A DNA stretch of 64,000 nucleotides from IMG/VR virus record IMGVR_UViG_3300050014_000823, positions 1-64,000 of that record. One strand, given 5' to 3'. Positions 1 to 8,156 of this stretch are shown piece after piece (within the stretch, counting starts at the first letter, position 1; each line of letters starts with the position of its first letter). A program made the position numbers and the translations under genes. The notes under the pieces were generated by a model. The model made no database searches and was not told the origin of the DNA. It saw only the letters and a program-made list of their open reading frames with translations.

Positions 1-5
1 CACGA

Positions 6-326
6 TTGAGTAAAAGTATTCGTGCTTCGATTGGTACTTGGAATTGGAAGTATTGGTTAAAGAGACTTGAAATGCAGTGTGAATTAAACCGTGTTTCGTT
101 CAGAACTGTTAGTCCTTATTATACCAGTACGACCTGTCCAGCATGTGGTCATTCCAATCGGGGGAACCGAAATGGAGAGAAGTTCTTATGTCAGAATTGT
201 GGTCACGCTGACAACGCAGATGTTAATGCAGGTAAGAACATTTTGAATCGGTTTCTCACGGGACAATACGGTGCTCGTTACAAACAGGAAAATCAAGAGA
301 ATTTAGTTGTTACTAATTTTTTGTAG
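6..326 (+). mobile_element. tnpB: 3' end of TnpB-like (IS200/IS605 or IS607) RNA-guided nuclease gene, truncated by window edge
   Basis: SPYYTSTTCPACGH..NRNGEKFLCQNCGHADNADVNAGKNIL = zinc ribbon plus RuvC-III typical of TnpB C-termini; ends in TAG. Confidence 0.85.
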
Positions 327-332
327 ATTTTT

Positions 333-566
333 ATGAACGGTCATTATGGTTTCTCTCTTGGTAATCCAATTATTCCCGAATGGTGTAAAATTATCGACAA
401 AATATTGGAACTATGTGTTGCAACTGACCCTGAGTTTCAAATATGTCAAGTAAAAATCAAATTCGGCACAGTACATTTCAATGTTCATAGTGAAATTATT
501 GAAGATTGTCACGATGTGGATAGGTTGATAATGAGCACATTATTTGACCGAGCATTAATTTATTGA
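333..566 (+). CDS. hypothetical phage protein, possibly 5'-truncated by the upstream element
   Basis: ORF with QVKIKFG motif resembling common phage QVKEKFG proteins. Confidence 0.5.
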   Translation: MNGHYGFSLGNPIIPEWCKIIDKILELCVATDPEFQICQVKIKFGTVHFNVHSEIIEDCHDVDRLIMSTLFDRALIY

Positions 567-572
567 CTTTTT

Positions 573-602
573 TGTAACATTTTTTGAGCATTTACGTATA
601 AT
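573..602 (+). promoter_or_regulatory. ECF-type promoter TGTAAC-N16-CGTATAAT
   Basis: match to motif repeated about 27 times; ATG at 608. Confidence 0.75.
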
Positions 603-607
603 CACGT

Positions 608-1340
608 ATGAAAAAGTTACCAATCATAGAAATCACCGAACTATTCCTGGTCAAATCAGGATGGGATAGGACATTCGTTGGTCAGATAATCAGAGAAACT
701 GACGAAGATGGTCTATCAACTGTCCGTGGCAACGTTGTTGTTAACGAAGGAATGATTTGGAGTGCTGCAAACACGCAGGACGAACTTGGAAATAATCTTG
801 ACGATATTTGTACAATGAAACTCGACATGAACCTTCACGATAATGTTGGTGTCAGAACTGTTGTGGCAAATACAGCATTTTTTATGAATTAAATGAAAGA
901 TTTTGAATTACTCAAGCGTACTTATCCAGTCAGTGAATTTGACCGTCCTTGTGATGGTTACGATTATATTTTAAAGAATAGTACTGAGGAAGAAAGACTG
1001 GAATGGGGAGTTAAAATGGATGAGTTGCAGAGGGTAATTAAGACAGGCGAAAAGTATATGTATCAAGTGGCAAGAGAAGGACAGTCATTCAGAACCATGT
1101 ATTTATGCTTTACAAATTATGCGATAATAAGAAAATATATATTCAAACTGGAAGATGAGTAACACTGATGAAAGATATCGACAATATGTCGATAACTGCA
1201 AGAAGCAACCCCGCAGCTTTGGAGATTGGCTGAGAGTCACAACTATGTTTATACATCATCGTGAAATCATTAGACCTATGATAATTTGGTGGCAAGATTT
1301 AAGAAAAACAGAAGGACTTCCAAATCCCAAATTAAGATGA
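608..1340 (+). other. three short hypothetical CDS (608-892, 893-1162, 1155-1340)
   Basis: abutting or overlapping ORFs downstream of the promoter. Confidence 0.65.
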
Positions 1341-1379
1341 AACCGAAAAACAACATAAAACTTTACGATACCGTAAGAT

Positions 1380-1452
1380 GCTTCCGTGACTGAATGGTTA
1401 AGGTGTCAGACTCTAAATCTGATTTGTGCAGGTTCGATTCCTGTCGGAAGTA
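1380..1452 (+). tRNA. amber suppressor tRNA, anticodon CTA (1413-1415)
   Basis: acceptor GCTTCCG/CGGAAGT, D loop with GG, anticodon stem TCAGA/TCTGA with loop CTCTAAA, T arm GCAGG-TTCGATT-CCTGT, discriminator A; no encoded CCA. Confidence 0.92.
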
Positions 1453-1473
1453 CAAAAATAATTGATAATTTGC

Positions 1474-1522
1474 TTGGAGATTAAAAATATTGTAGTAATT
1501 TTGCTCGTCATACAGTATTTAT
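1474..1522 (+). promoter_or_regulatory. tandem promoters: Bacteroidota-type TTG-N19-TAATTTTG (1474-1503) and GTATTTAT motif (1515-1522)
   Basis: both motifs recur upstream of other genes in the window. Confidence 0.55.
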
Positions 1523-1559
1523 ATATCTACGACAATTATTAACAATTAAATTTACGATT

Positions 1560-1910
1560 ATGAAGTAGGTTAAATTAGTAACAGTAACAAGAAAAGACCT
1601 GGATGCAGGTTACCAATTAGCGCAGACTATACACAGTAGTAGTCGATTTGCGTATCATTATCCCGAACTACATCGGGAATGGATTGAAAAATCCGAATAT
1701 GTTGTATCACTTTCCGTGGACAACGAAGAATCCCTCAATGACCTTTATAACAAATTAAAAAGCAATGGTGCTATTGTTGTGGCTTTTCATGAGCCAGACA
1801 TACAGGACCAGTTGACTTCTATTTGCTATTATGGTACGCCAGTAATGCGTAAGCATACGCAGAAGTTAGACTTAGCACTCAAAGAAGTTGAAGTCGCAAC
1901 TAAAAATTAA
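1560..1910 (+). CDS. peptidyl-tRNA hydrolase Pth2-like protein with in-frame TAG at codon 3 (116 aa on readthrough)
   Basis: ATG AAG TAG GTT AAA... gives MK*VKLVTVTRKDLDAGYQLAQTIHSS...WIEKSEYVVSLSV...FHEPDIQDQLTSIC; RKDL..G..AQ..H and EPD....T motifs of PTH2-like proteins; in frame with track ORF 1716-1910. Confidence 0.85.
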
Positions 1911-1932
1911 ACCCGCAATTAAATTTAAGACC

Positions 1933-1968
1933 ATGAAGCCATACTTATAGATTATCCGACCCCCATAA
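1933..1968 (+). CDS. putative leader peptide MKPYL*IIRPP with internal TAG
   Basis: ATG AAG CCA TAC TTA TAG ATT ATC CGA CCC CCA TAA, preceded by a CAATTAAATTTA initiation region like that before 1560. Confidence 0.55.
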
Positions 1969-2078
1969 TGGTGTGATTATTACCGAATTCGCAATTCGCA
2001 AATTGCGAATCAACCACAAAATCAATAAATTACACGATAAATTAACAATAATTAACAAATAAATAAATTTACACCAAT

Positions 2079-2519
2079 ATGGAAACAACAGTAAAATCAA
2101 CAAAAATGACATCACACGATAGTGCTGATTTAATTAAAGGTATTGAAACCGCCTTAGACGTAGTTCTTGAAAAGGTTACAGAAGAAGATTGGAATCTTCC
2201 ACTCATTAGTATTGACGACAAAAACTTAAATGCAAGAGTCATTCACATGACCTTAAACCAGAGAAAGAAATTAAAAAATAAACTCAATGGTTGTATATAT
2301 AAGAAGAGTCTGAGAGCAATAAACACCTTCTTACATTTCTTACACAGACATGTGCTTGAAGAAAAAACTCCTGCTCCGGAAGTCCGTATTTCTGAGAAGG
2401 AAGTTAAAATCCAAGCAACTCGTAAGAAATACGTGGAAGCACGAAACCTTGCAATAAAATTGTACAAGGAATATAAGGACGAAAAGGGCGATTTTTACAA
2501 AAAGAAAATGGCTAAATAA
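2079..2519 (+). CDS. hypothetical basic protein
   Basis: 146 aa ORF with A-rich leader, followed by terminator. Confidence 0.75.
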   Translation: METTVKSTKMTSHDSADLIKGIETALDVVLEKVTEEDWNLPLISIDDKNLNARVIHMTLNQRKKLKNKLNGCIYKKSLRAINTFLHFLHRHVLEEKTPAPEVRISEKEVKIQATRKKYVEARNLAIKLYKEYKDEKGDFYKKKMAK

Positions 2520-2523
2520 TAAT

Positions 2524-2555
2524 AAAGGGGGAAAATATTAATCCCCCTTTTTTTA
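2524..2555 (+). terminator. intrinsic terminator
   Basis: AAAGGGGGA...TCCCCCTTT plus T tract. Confidence 0.8.
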
Positions 2556-2624
2556 TTTTTCCTTGCATATTTACTACGGATTGTGTAGTTTTACGCAAAA
2601 TAATTTTATTTTAAAAACCGAATA

Positions 2625-3077
2625 ATGTCAGGTACTACAATTCAAACCGATAATGACCGTGGAGTAATTTTCACACCAAAAGAAGAAATAAGTGTAAAGT
2701 CAGTATTGACTCCCGAAGAATTACAAGCAAAGTTACCTAAAGACGTAGAACTCCTTGAGAGTGATGCCGAAGTCGAAGGTAAATTAATGGATGGTATGGA
2801 AGAACTTGCTAAAGACCTCACGGATGAGGAAAAGAAAGCCATTTACATTCAACAATTAAAAGAGTCTCACATAAGATTCAAACCAATTAAACATGGCGTT
2901 ACGAAAAGTGTTGTTGTTGGTACAGAACCTACGTTCTATGGTAGAAAACGTGTTCTGAGAAGCAAAGGAATTATAACAAATGTAACAACCAATCAGTTCG
3001 ATGCAGATTATCGTAAGAAGCGTCAACGTAAAAATAAAATGGCGAAAGCCAGCCGAAGGTTAGCACACAAAAAGTAA
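2625..3077 (+). CDS. hypothetical protein with basic C-terminus
   Basis: 150 aa ORF. Confidence 0.7.
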   Translation: MSGTTIQTDNDRGVIFTPKEEISVKSVLTPEELQAKLPKDVELLESDAEVEGKLMDGMEELAKDLTDEEKKAIYIQQLKESHIRFKPIKHGVTKSVVVGTEPTFYGRKRVLRSKGIITNVTTNQFDADYRKKRQRKNKMAKASRRLAHKK

Positions 3078-3865
3078 TGGGTGACAATACAGGATATTCC
3101 TTAGAAGGAAACGGTATGGACTTATCTAAATTAGGTCCAAACGGCAACTATTTTGCAGGTTCTGCAATAACAACCACATTCAATACAAACTACATGCAGG
3201 TCATTCCTAATAGTCACTATTATAGTGATTTAAATCAGTTGGTAACATACCTTGGCTATATACAAAGTTCGGGTAATCAATGGTATACTGCTTGGAGTGC
3301 AGAAGTCGAACAACTTATCATCGGCTTAGAAAATACAATCAAAAATGGTTATAAAATTAAAATGGTTGGTGATTCGGAACTTGATTTTAACGAAAGACCG
3401 TATCATGTTTTTATGTCAGTTGAAAGTATGATTGCTTTTATTAAGGATGTTGATATTAGTGCTGATTATAATGCCAATGAATTTTTAAAAGACTTTATCA
3501 TTGCGATTGAGAATACTAAAAAAAGTGGATATAATTTAACAAACGGATTAAAAATGGAAAGAAAAGAGATTTACAACCGTCTTGATGGCGAAAGAGATTA
3601 TCAGGACAAAAATTGGGGTTCACGCAGACAAATGGACGGAACACCTGATGAAGAAAAACCAGTTGCTGAGTGGATTAACTACATAGAATATCACTTGGCA
3701 AAAGCTAAAGAAAAAGTATATCATCTTGATACAGGTGGTGCTACTGATGAGTTACGTAAAGTTGCTGCACTTGCAGTACGTGCAATGGAAATTCACGGTT
3801 GTCCCCCAAGAGGCGGTACACCTGTTGTTGGTGGTGAGAAGCCATCGTGCGATTGCAAAAAATAA
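3077..3865 (+). CDS. protein with C-terminal MazG-like NTP pyrophosphohydrolase domain (possible internal start 3554)
   Basis: ERDYQDKNWG...EW..YIE....KA...DELRKVAALAVRAME all-alpha NTP-PPase pattern. Confidence 0.6.
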   Translation: MGDNTGYSLEGNGMDLSKLGPNGNYFAGSAITTTFNTNYMQVIPNSHYYSDLNQLVTYLGYIQSSGNQWYTAWSAEVEQLIIGLENTIKNGYKIKMVGDSELDFNERPYHVFMSVESMIAFIKDVDISADYNANEFLKDFIIAIENTKKSGYNLTNGLKMERKEIYNRLDGERDYQDKNWGSRRQMDGTPDEEKPVAEWINYIEYHLAKAKEKVYHLDTGGATDELRKVAALAVRAMEIHGCPPRGGTPVVGGEKPSCDCKK

Positions 3866-4000
3866 TATTACAATAACGGAAAAAATGACAAAATTCTGGA
3901 AAACACTTGGCGTGATATTCGAATGGATTATGAATATCATATTTGCTGCCATACTTTTTGGTGGCGGTGCATGGTGCATATGGGAAATGTTTATTAAGTA

Positions 4001-4563
4001 ATGGAACAACTTGTTGACTTAAATAATACGTTCTGGGATAGACTTCAAGAATACGTGACTGACTTACGTGTAGATGCACGATGGGTATTACGTGGACTTA
4101 CTGACAAAAAATCTTATGGTTCACTGAGAATCGTGTCACATCCGGACTTACCGCCTGGACAACTTCGTGCATTCTTCACGTATGTTATGACCATTAAACC
4201 TAAGACTAAGGAACAGAAACTCAAGGCGATTGAGGACTACCAAATGGAAATAACCGAAATGGAAGTTTACTCGATTAACGATGACATTAAGACCGAAACA
4301 CAGACTTATGTAGCACCATTTAAGGAACTTGAAGAAATGTTCGGTGTAAAAGTATTTGGAAAATGAAAAAAGAAATAGTAGAACTACTTGTCGATAACAC
4401 GGGTGTTTCAACAGAGCAAGCAACTATTATTGCAAGAAAAATAGATAGACTTTATAAGCAGAGTCATATAGACCTACTTAAAGAATTTATCGAACACCCA
4501 ACTAAGCCGGGTTATAAGCGACATGATATTCTCGATAGAATCAAAAAGTTAGAAAATAAATAA
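4001..4563 (+). other. two hypothetical CDS (4001-4366, 4363-4563)
   Basis: coupled ORFs. Confidence 0.65.
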
Positions 4564-4577
4564 TAAAACAGAATAAA

Positions 4578-5489
4578 ATGGCAAAAAAAGAGAACGATTT
4601 AGTAAAAGAAGTATTAATGGAAAATCAAGAAAAAAAGGAAAAAGAAAAGGACTACAGTGCTGTTACAGGCAAGGGTGGTGGCTTACGCTTTAACAAAGGT
4701 AAACTGAGATACGACTTGGTTGAACCACGAGCATTTGAAGACTTCGTTCAGGTGCTTACCGATGGTGCAAACAAGTACTTCGACAGAAACTGGGAACGTG
4801 GTTTATCATGGACCTCAGTTCTGGCTTCACTTAAAAGGCACTTGGCTGCCATTGAAAAAGGTGAAGACTATGATAAGGAAAGTGGTCGCTTACATATTGC
4901 TCACGCAGCTTGTAACGTACATTTTCTCAATGCATTCTACTATAGCTTTCCACAGGGTGACGACAGACCTAAAAGGTTCTTAAACATCCCTAAAATCGGT
5001 CTGGACATTGATGGAGTGCTCGCTGATTGGACAGGTGGATGGGCAAAAATTTATCCCGAAGTTTCAGCAACACCATATTCTTGGTATTTTGACAGAGTTG
5101 TTGGTAAGCGTTTCAAAGCAATGGAAGCTGCAGGAACTCTCGATGAATTCTATATGAATCTTGAACCTCTGATGCAAGCAAAAGACTTAACTTTCGAGCC
5201 ACACTGCTATATTACATCACGTCCTGTTTCACAAGAAATCTCAGAACAATGGTTGGATAAACACGGATTTCCGTCAAGACATGTTCACAGTATTCAGATG
5301 GGTGAAAGTAAAGTGGATGTAGCCAAAGCTGCAGGTGTTGAAATATTTATTGACGATTCATACGAAAATTTTGTTGCCTTAAACAACGCAGGTATATGTA
5401 CATACCTGTACACAGCATCTTGGAATACCAAACATGATGTTGGTCATCTTAGGCTTAACTCGCTGAATGACTTGCCGTTGCTGAAGTAA
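4578..5489 (+). CDS. dATP/dGTP diphosphohydrolase (DUF5664-like) fused to HAD 5'-nucleotidase (NT5C-like)
   Basis: GKLRYDLV..GANKY..RNWERG..SLKRHL...D.ESG.LHIAHAACN plus IGLDIDGVLAD..ITSRP..FIDD. Confidence 0.85.
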   Translation: MAKKENDLVKEVLMENQEKKEKEKDYSAVTGKGGGLRFNKGKLRYDLVEPRAFEDFVQVLTDGANKYFDRNWERGLSWTSVLASLKRHLAAIEKGEDYDKESGRLHIAHAACNVHFLNAFYYSFPQGDDRPKRFLNIPKIGLDIDGVLADWTGGWAKIYPEVSATPYSWYFDRVVGKRFKAMEAAGTLDEFYMNLEPLMQAKDLTFEPHCYITSRPVSQEISEQWLDKHGFPSRHVHSIQMGESKVDVAKAAGVEIFIDDSYENFVALNNAGICTYLYTASWNTKHDVGHLRLNSLNDLPLLK

Positions 5490-5577
5490 AAAATTTGCAT
5501 GTTTTTTGTAGTAATTATAGACTAACCGTCATTTGTGAGTATTTATAAATGACGGTTATTATATATAAAGCAAAATC

Positions 5578-6066
5578 ATGGGAAATATTTTTGAAGACAT
5601 AGTTCAGGACGTTGAGGTAAAGCCAAGTAAATCAAAACTTGTACTTAAATGGGTTGTTAGAATAGCGATACTGCTAATTTGTGGTGCATTTGTATTTGGT
5701 CAACTCAAAATAAAGAGTATGAACAAAGTAAATACTTTTGAAAAATCACTACAAGAAAATACTGAAGCAATTAAAGATTTAAACAAAAAGACAGAAGAGG
5801 GTTTTAAGGCGGTTAATGGTAGAATAGATAAGGCATATGATGATGGAAACAAGGTGTTTAACGATTGGACCATATTCAACAAAGACCAACTTAAAATGGT
5901 TATAGACTACGGGCAGACAAATAAAGAAATGTTGAAAAGAATGCTTGATTTAAATGTTACAGAAAAAACCAAATCTGTTGAAAATCAGGTTGAACAAGCA
6001 AAAAAGGACACAAGTACTTACAATTCAAGAATTATTGTAAAGCCAGTTATTAATCCAAAGAAATAA
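5578..6066 (+). CDS. single-TM coiled-coil membrane protein
   Basis: hydrophobic WVVRIAILLICGAFVFG segment; GTATTTAT at 5539. Confidence 0.7.
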   Translation: MGNIFEDIVQDVEVKPSKSKLVLKWVVRIAILLICGAFVFGQLKIKSMNKVNTFEKSLQENTEAIKDLNKKTEEGFKAVNGRIDKAYDDGNKVFNDWTIFNKDQLKMVIDYGQTNKEMLKRMLDLNVTEKTKSVENQVEQAKKDTSTYNSRIIVKPVINPKK

Positions 6067-6070
6067 TTTT

Positions 6071-6397
6071 ATGCCAGTTACACCGAGAGAGTATAGTAAG
6101 GAAACATTTTTAACTTTCTTACATAAGAATAATGTTTCCGATAGTATTGTGAATAAATTTATGCAGTTGCCGGAAAAGGTTACAAAAAGAGGTAAAGAAT
6201 TTAAATTGTTCATATCGTCAACATGGTACGATACTGGTAAGACATATTATAACTTCGAACTTAATTATTACTCAGAAGAACTTGTCGAGTATTTATTTAC
6301 CTATAAAGTATTTGACGATGTGGAGAGAAGTATTAATTTTTTGCTTTGTGAATTAATAAATAAACACTATATTGCAAAACCAGAACACTGTAAGTAA
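6071..6397 (+). CDS. hypothetical protein
   Basis: 108 aa ORF coupled to next gene. Confidence 0.65.
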   Translation: MPVTPREYSKETFLTFLHKNNVSDSIVNKFMQLPEKVTKRGKEFKLFISSTWYDTGKTYYNFELNYYSEELVEYLFTYKVFDDVERSINFLLCELINKHYIAKPEHCK

Positions 6398-7026
6398 TGA
6401 AAATTTGTATAATATCGGACACGCACAATAAGCACAAGCGTTTAGGTCAACTACCTATTGCTGATATGATTATTCATTGTGGTGACTTTACTTCAATAGG
6501 TCAAAGCCATGAGATTCAAAATTTCATGGGATGGTATAGTCATTTGCCGTTTAAATACAAACTTATTATTGCAGGAAATCACGATTGGTTGTTTGAAAGA
6601 AATCGTTTAATTGCAATGGAAAAAGTGCCTGAGAATGTAACATACTTAGAAGACTCAGGTATAGAAATCGAAGGTATTAAGTTCTGGGGAACTCCCGTAC
6701 AACTACCGTTTAATAATTGGGCATTTAATCGTCCGGAAGAAAAAATTAAACAGCATTGGGAAGCAATACCAGATGATACTGATGTGCTTATAACACACGG
6801 ACCACCAAACAGTATTTTTGACTGGAGCATATACGATAAAATTCACACAGGTTCACCATCGTTATATTTCGAAGTACTGAACAGAATTAAGCCTAAATTG
6901 CATTGCTTTGGTCACATCCACGGTGGCTATGGAATTAAGGTAATTGAGAATACTACCTTCATTAATGCCTCAAATCTCGATGAAGATTACATGTGTGTGA
7001 ATGCACCAGTTTTATTCGAAATATAA
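6397..7026 (+). CDS. metallophosphoesterase (MPPED/239FB-like)
   Basis: ISDTH, HCGDF, AGNHD, THGPP, FGHIH motifs. Confidence 0.92.
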   Translation: MKICIISDTHNKHKRLGQLPIADMIIHCGDFTSIGQSHEIQNFMGWYSHLPFKYKLIIAGNHDWLFERNRLIAMEKVPENVTYLEDSGIEIEGIKFWGTPVQLPFNNWAFNRPEEKIKQHWEAIPDDTDVLITHGPPNSIFDWSIYDKIHTGSPSLYFEVLNRIKPKLHCFGHIHGGYGIKVIENTTFINASNLDEDYMCVNAPVLFEI

Positions 7027-7051
7027 AAAGTCAGATGCGTCTGACTTTTTT
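7025..7051 (+). terminator. intrinsic terminator
   Basis: AAAAAGTCAGA-TGCG-TCTGACTTTTT. Confidence 0.8.
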
Positions 7052-7076
7052 GTTTTAATCCTGACTATTTATAGTT

Positions 7077-7697
7077 ATGAAATCAGTTAATCGTATTATT
7101 AAAGAGGAAGTCCGAAGATATTTAAAAGAATCTGACGAAGACATAGATTGGGATTTATACGAAAAACTCGATGATGTAAAGCGTGAGGTTCTTGATGGAT
7201 TTCTTAGAGACAGAGAAAAGGGAATAAAACAACAACCCTGGCAATTAGTGCCATTTGCAAGACTTAAGAAAATTTGGGAAGACTTTATGAACTACGGTGT
7301 TGTCAGAGATACCCGTGGCTTGGAAATGATTGAAGACATAATTCAGACCAACATTTTAAAACTTTACGTAAACACCGAATTATCGGGACATTCAGAAGCA
7401 GACCCGGCAGATGACTTTGAAGAATATGGTTATACCGACCAAGACAAAGAAGACTTTTATAGCTATATTGATAAAATCAGTGACTATGCTTTCAATGACT
7501 TTGGCGGCAGAAGATTAGGACTAACAACATTACTCGGTCAACTCAGAAAAGCACGTACACCCGAAGAAAAACTTCCAATTCTCGACCAAATATTAAACGT
7601 TGTTCACCAGACATCTGACTTAGCATCATACTTTGTAGAAGGTGGTTCATCGGCATTGAGCCAATTAAGCGGTAGTCCGTCTCAAGTACCTGCATAA
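7077..7697 (+). CDS. hypothetical protein with IIKEE N-terminus (candidate internal head protein)
   Basis: MKSVNRIIKEEVRRYLKES; CTATTTAT just upstream. Confidence 0.7.
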   Translation: MKSVNRIIKEEVRRYLKESDEDIDWDLYEKLDDVKREVLDGFLRDREKGIKQQPWQLVPFARLKKIWEDFMNYGVVRDTRGLEMIEDIIQTNILKLYVNTELSGHSEADPADDFEEYGYTDQDKEDFYSYIDKISDYAFNDFGGRRLGLTTLLGQLRKARTPEEKLPILDQILNVVHQTSDLASYFVEGGSSALSQLSGSPSQVPA

Positions 7698-7779
7698 AAA
7701 TATTAAATAAATCTTGTCTTTTCGAAAACTTCGTCCTATTTATGGTAAAAAATTACTTTTACATAAATTCACGATTTAC

Positions 7780-8103
7780 ATGAATATCAGCGAATTATTC
7801 GAAAAATTACAAGACGACATTTCCGAAGAACTTAATGGAGAATTAATATTAGAGGGTAATTGTATTATCTGGTCCTATGATTTGGACCGTGACGGTGCAA
7901 CACAAGATTTAGAGATTAGTGATGACGATGATGTTGAGTTTGACTTTGCATCAGCAACAAGTCCAGAAGAATTACTACAACAAGGATACGATGAGGATTT
8001 AATTGTAATTGAAGGTTGTATAGCACAGTTAGATGATTTTGCAGAATGGTCATATTCTGACCCAGAAATAGCAGACACCATAATTTCTTTTAAAATATTC
8101 TAA
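7780..8103 (+). CDS. very acidic hypothetical protein
   Basis: ATG 7780 more plausible than TTG 7714; D/E-rich. Confidence 0.7.
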   Translation: MNISELFEKLQDDISEELNGELILEGNCIIWSYDLDRDGATQDLEISDDDDVEFDFASATSPEELLQQGYDEDLIVIEGCIAQLDDFAEWSYSDPEIADTIISFKIF

Positions 8104-8156
8104 GTTTTCTGTAACATTCTCCTATAATTTTCGTATAATTGCGAAAAGATTTTATT

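Noticed and set aside
1380-1452. Pyrrolysine tRNA
   Set aside because: It has a canonical GG D loop, TTCGA T loop, 5-bp anticodon stem and 5-nt variable loop, unlike tRNA-Pyl
1716-1910. Track ORF as a complete 64-aa gene
   Set aside because: It is the C-terminal half of the Pth2-like frame starting at 1560
4578-5489. Proof of a 2-aminoadenine (Z) genome
   Set aside because: DUF5664-like domains occur widely and no PurZ is in the window
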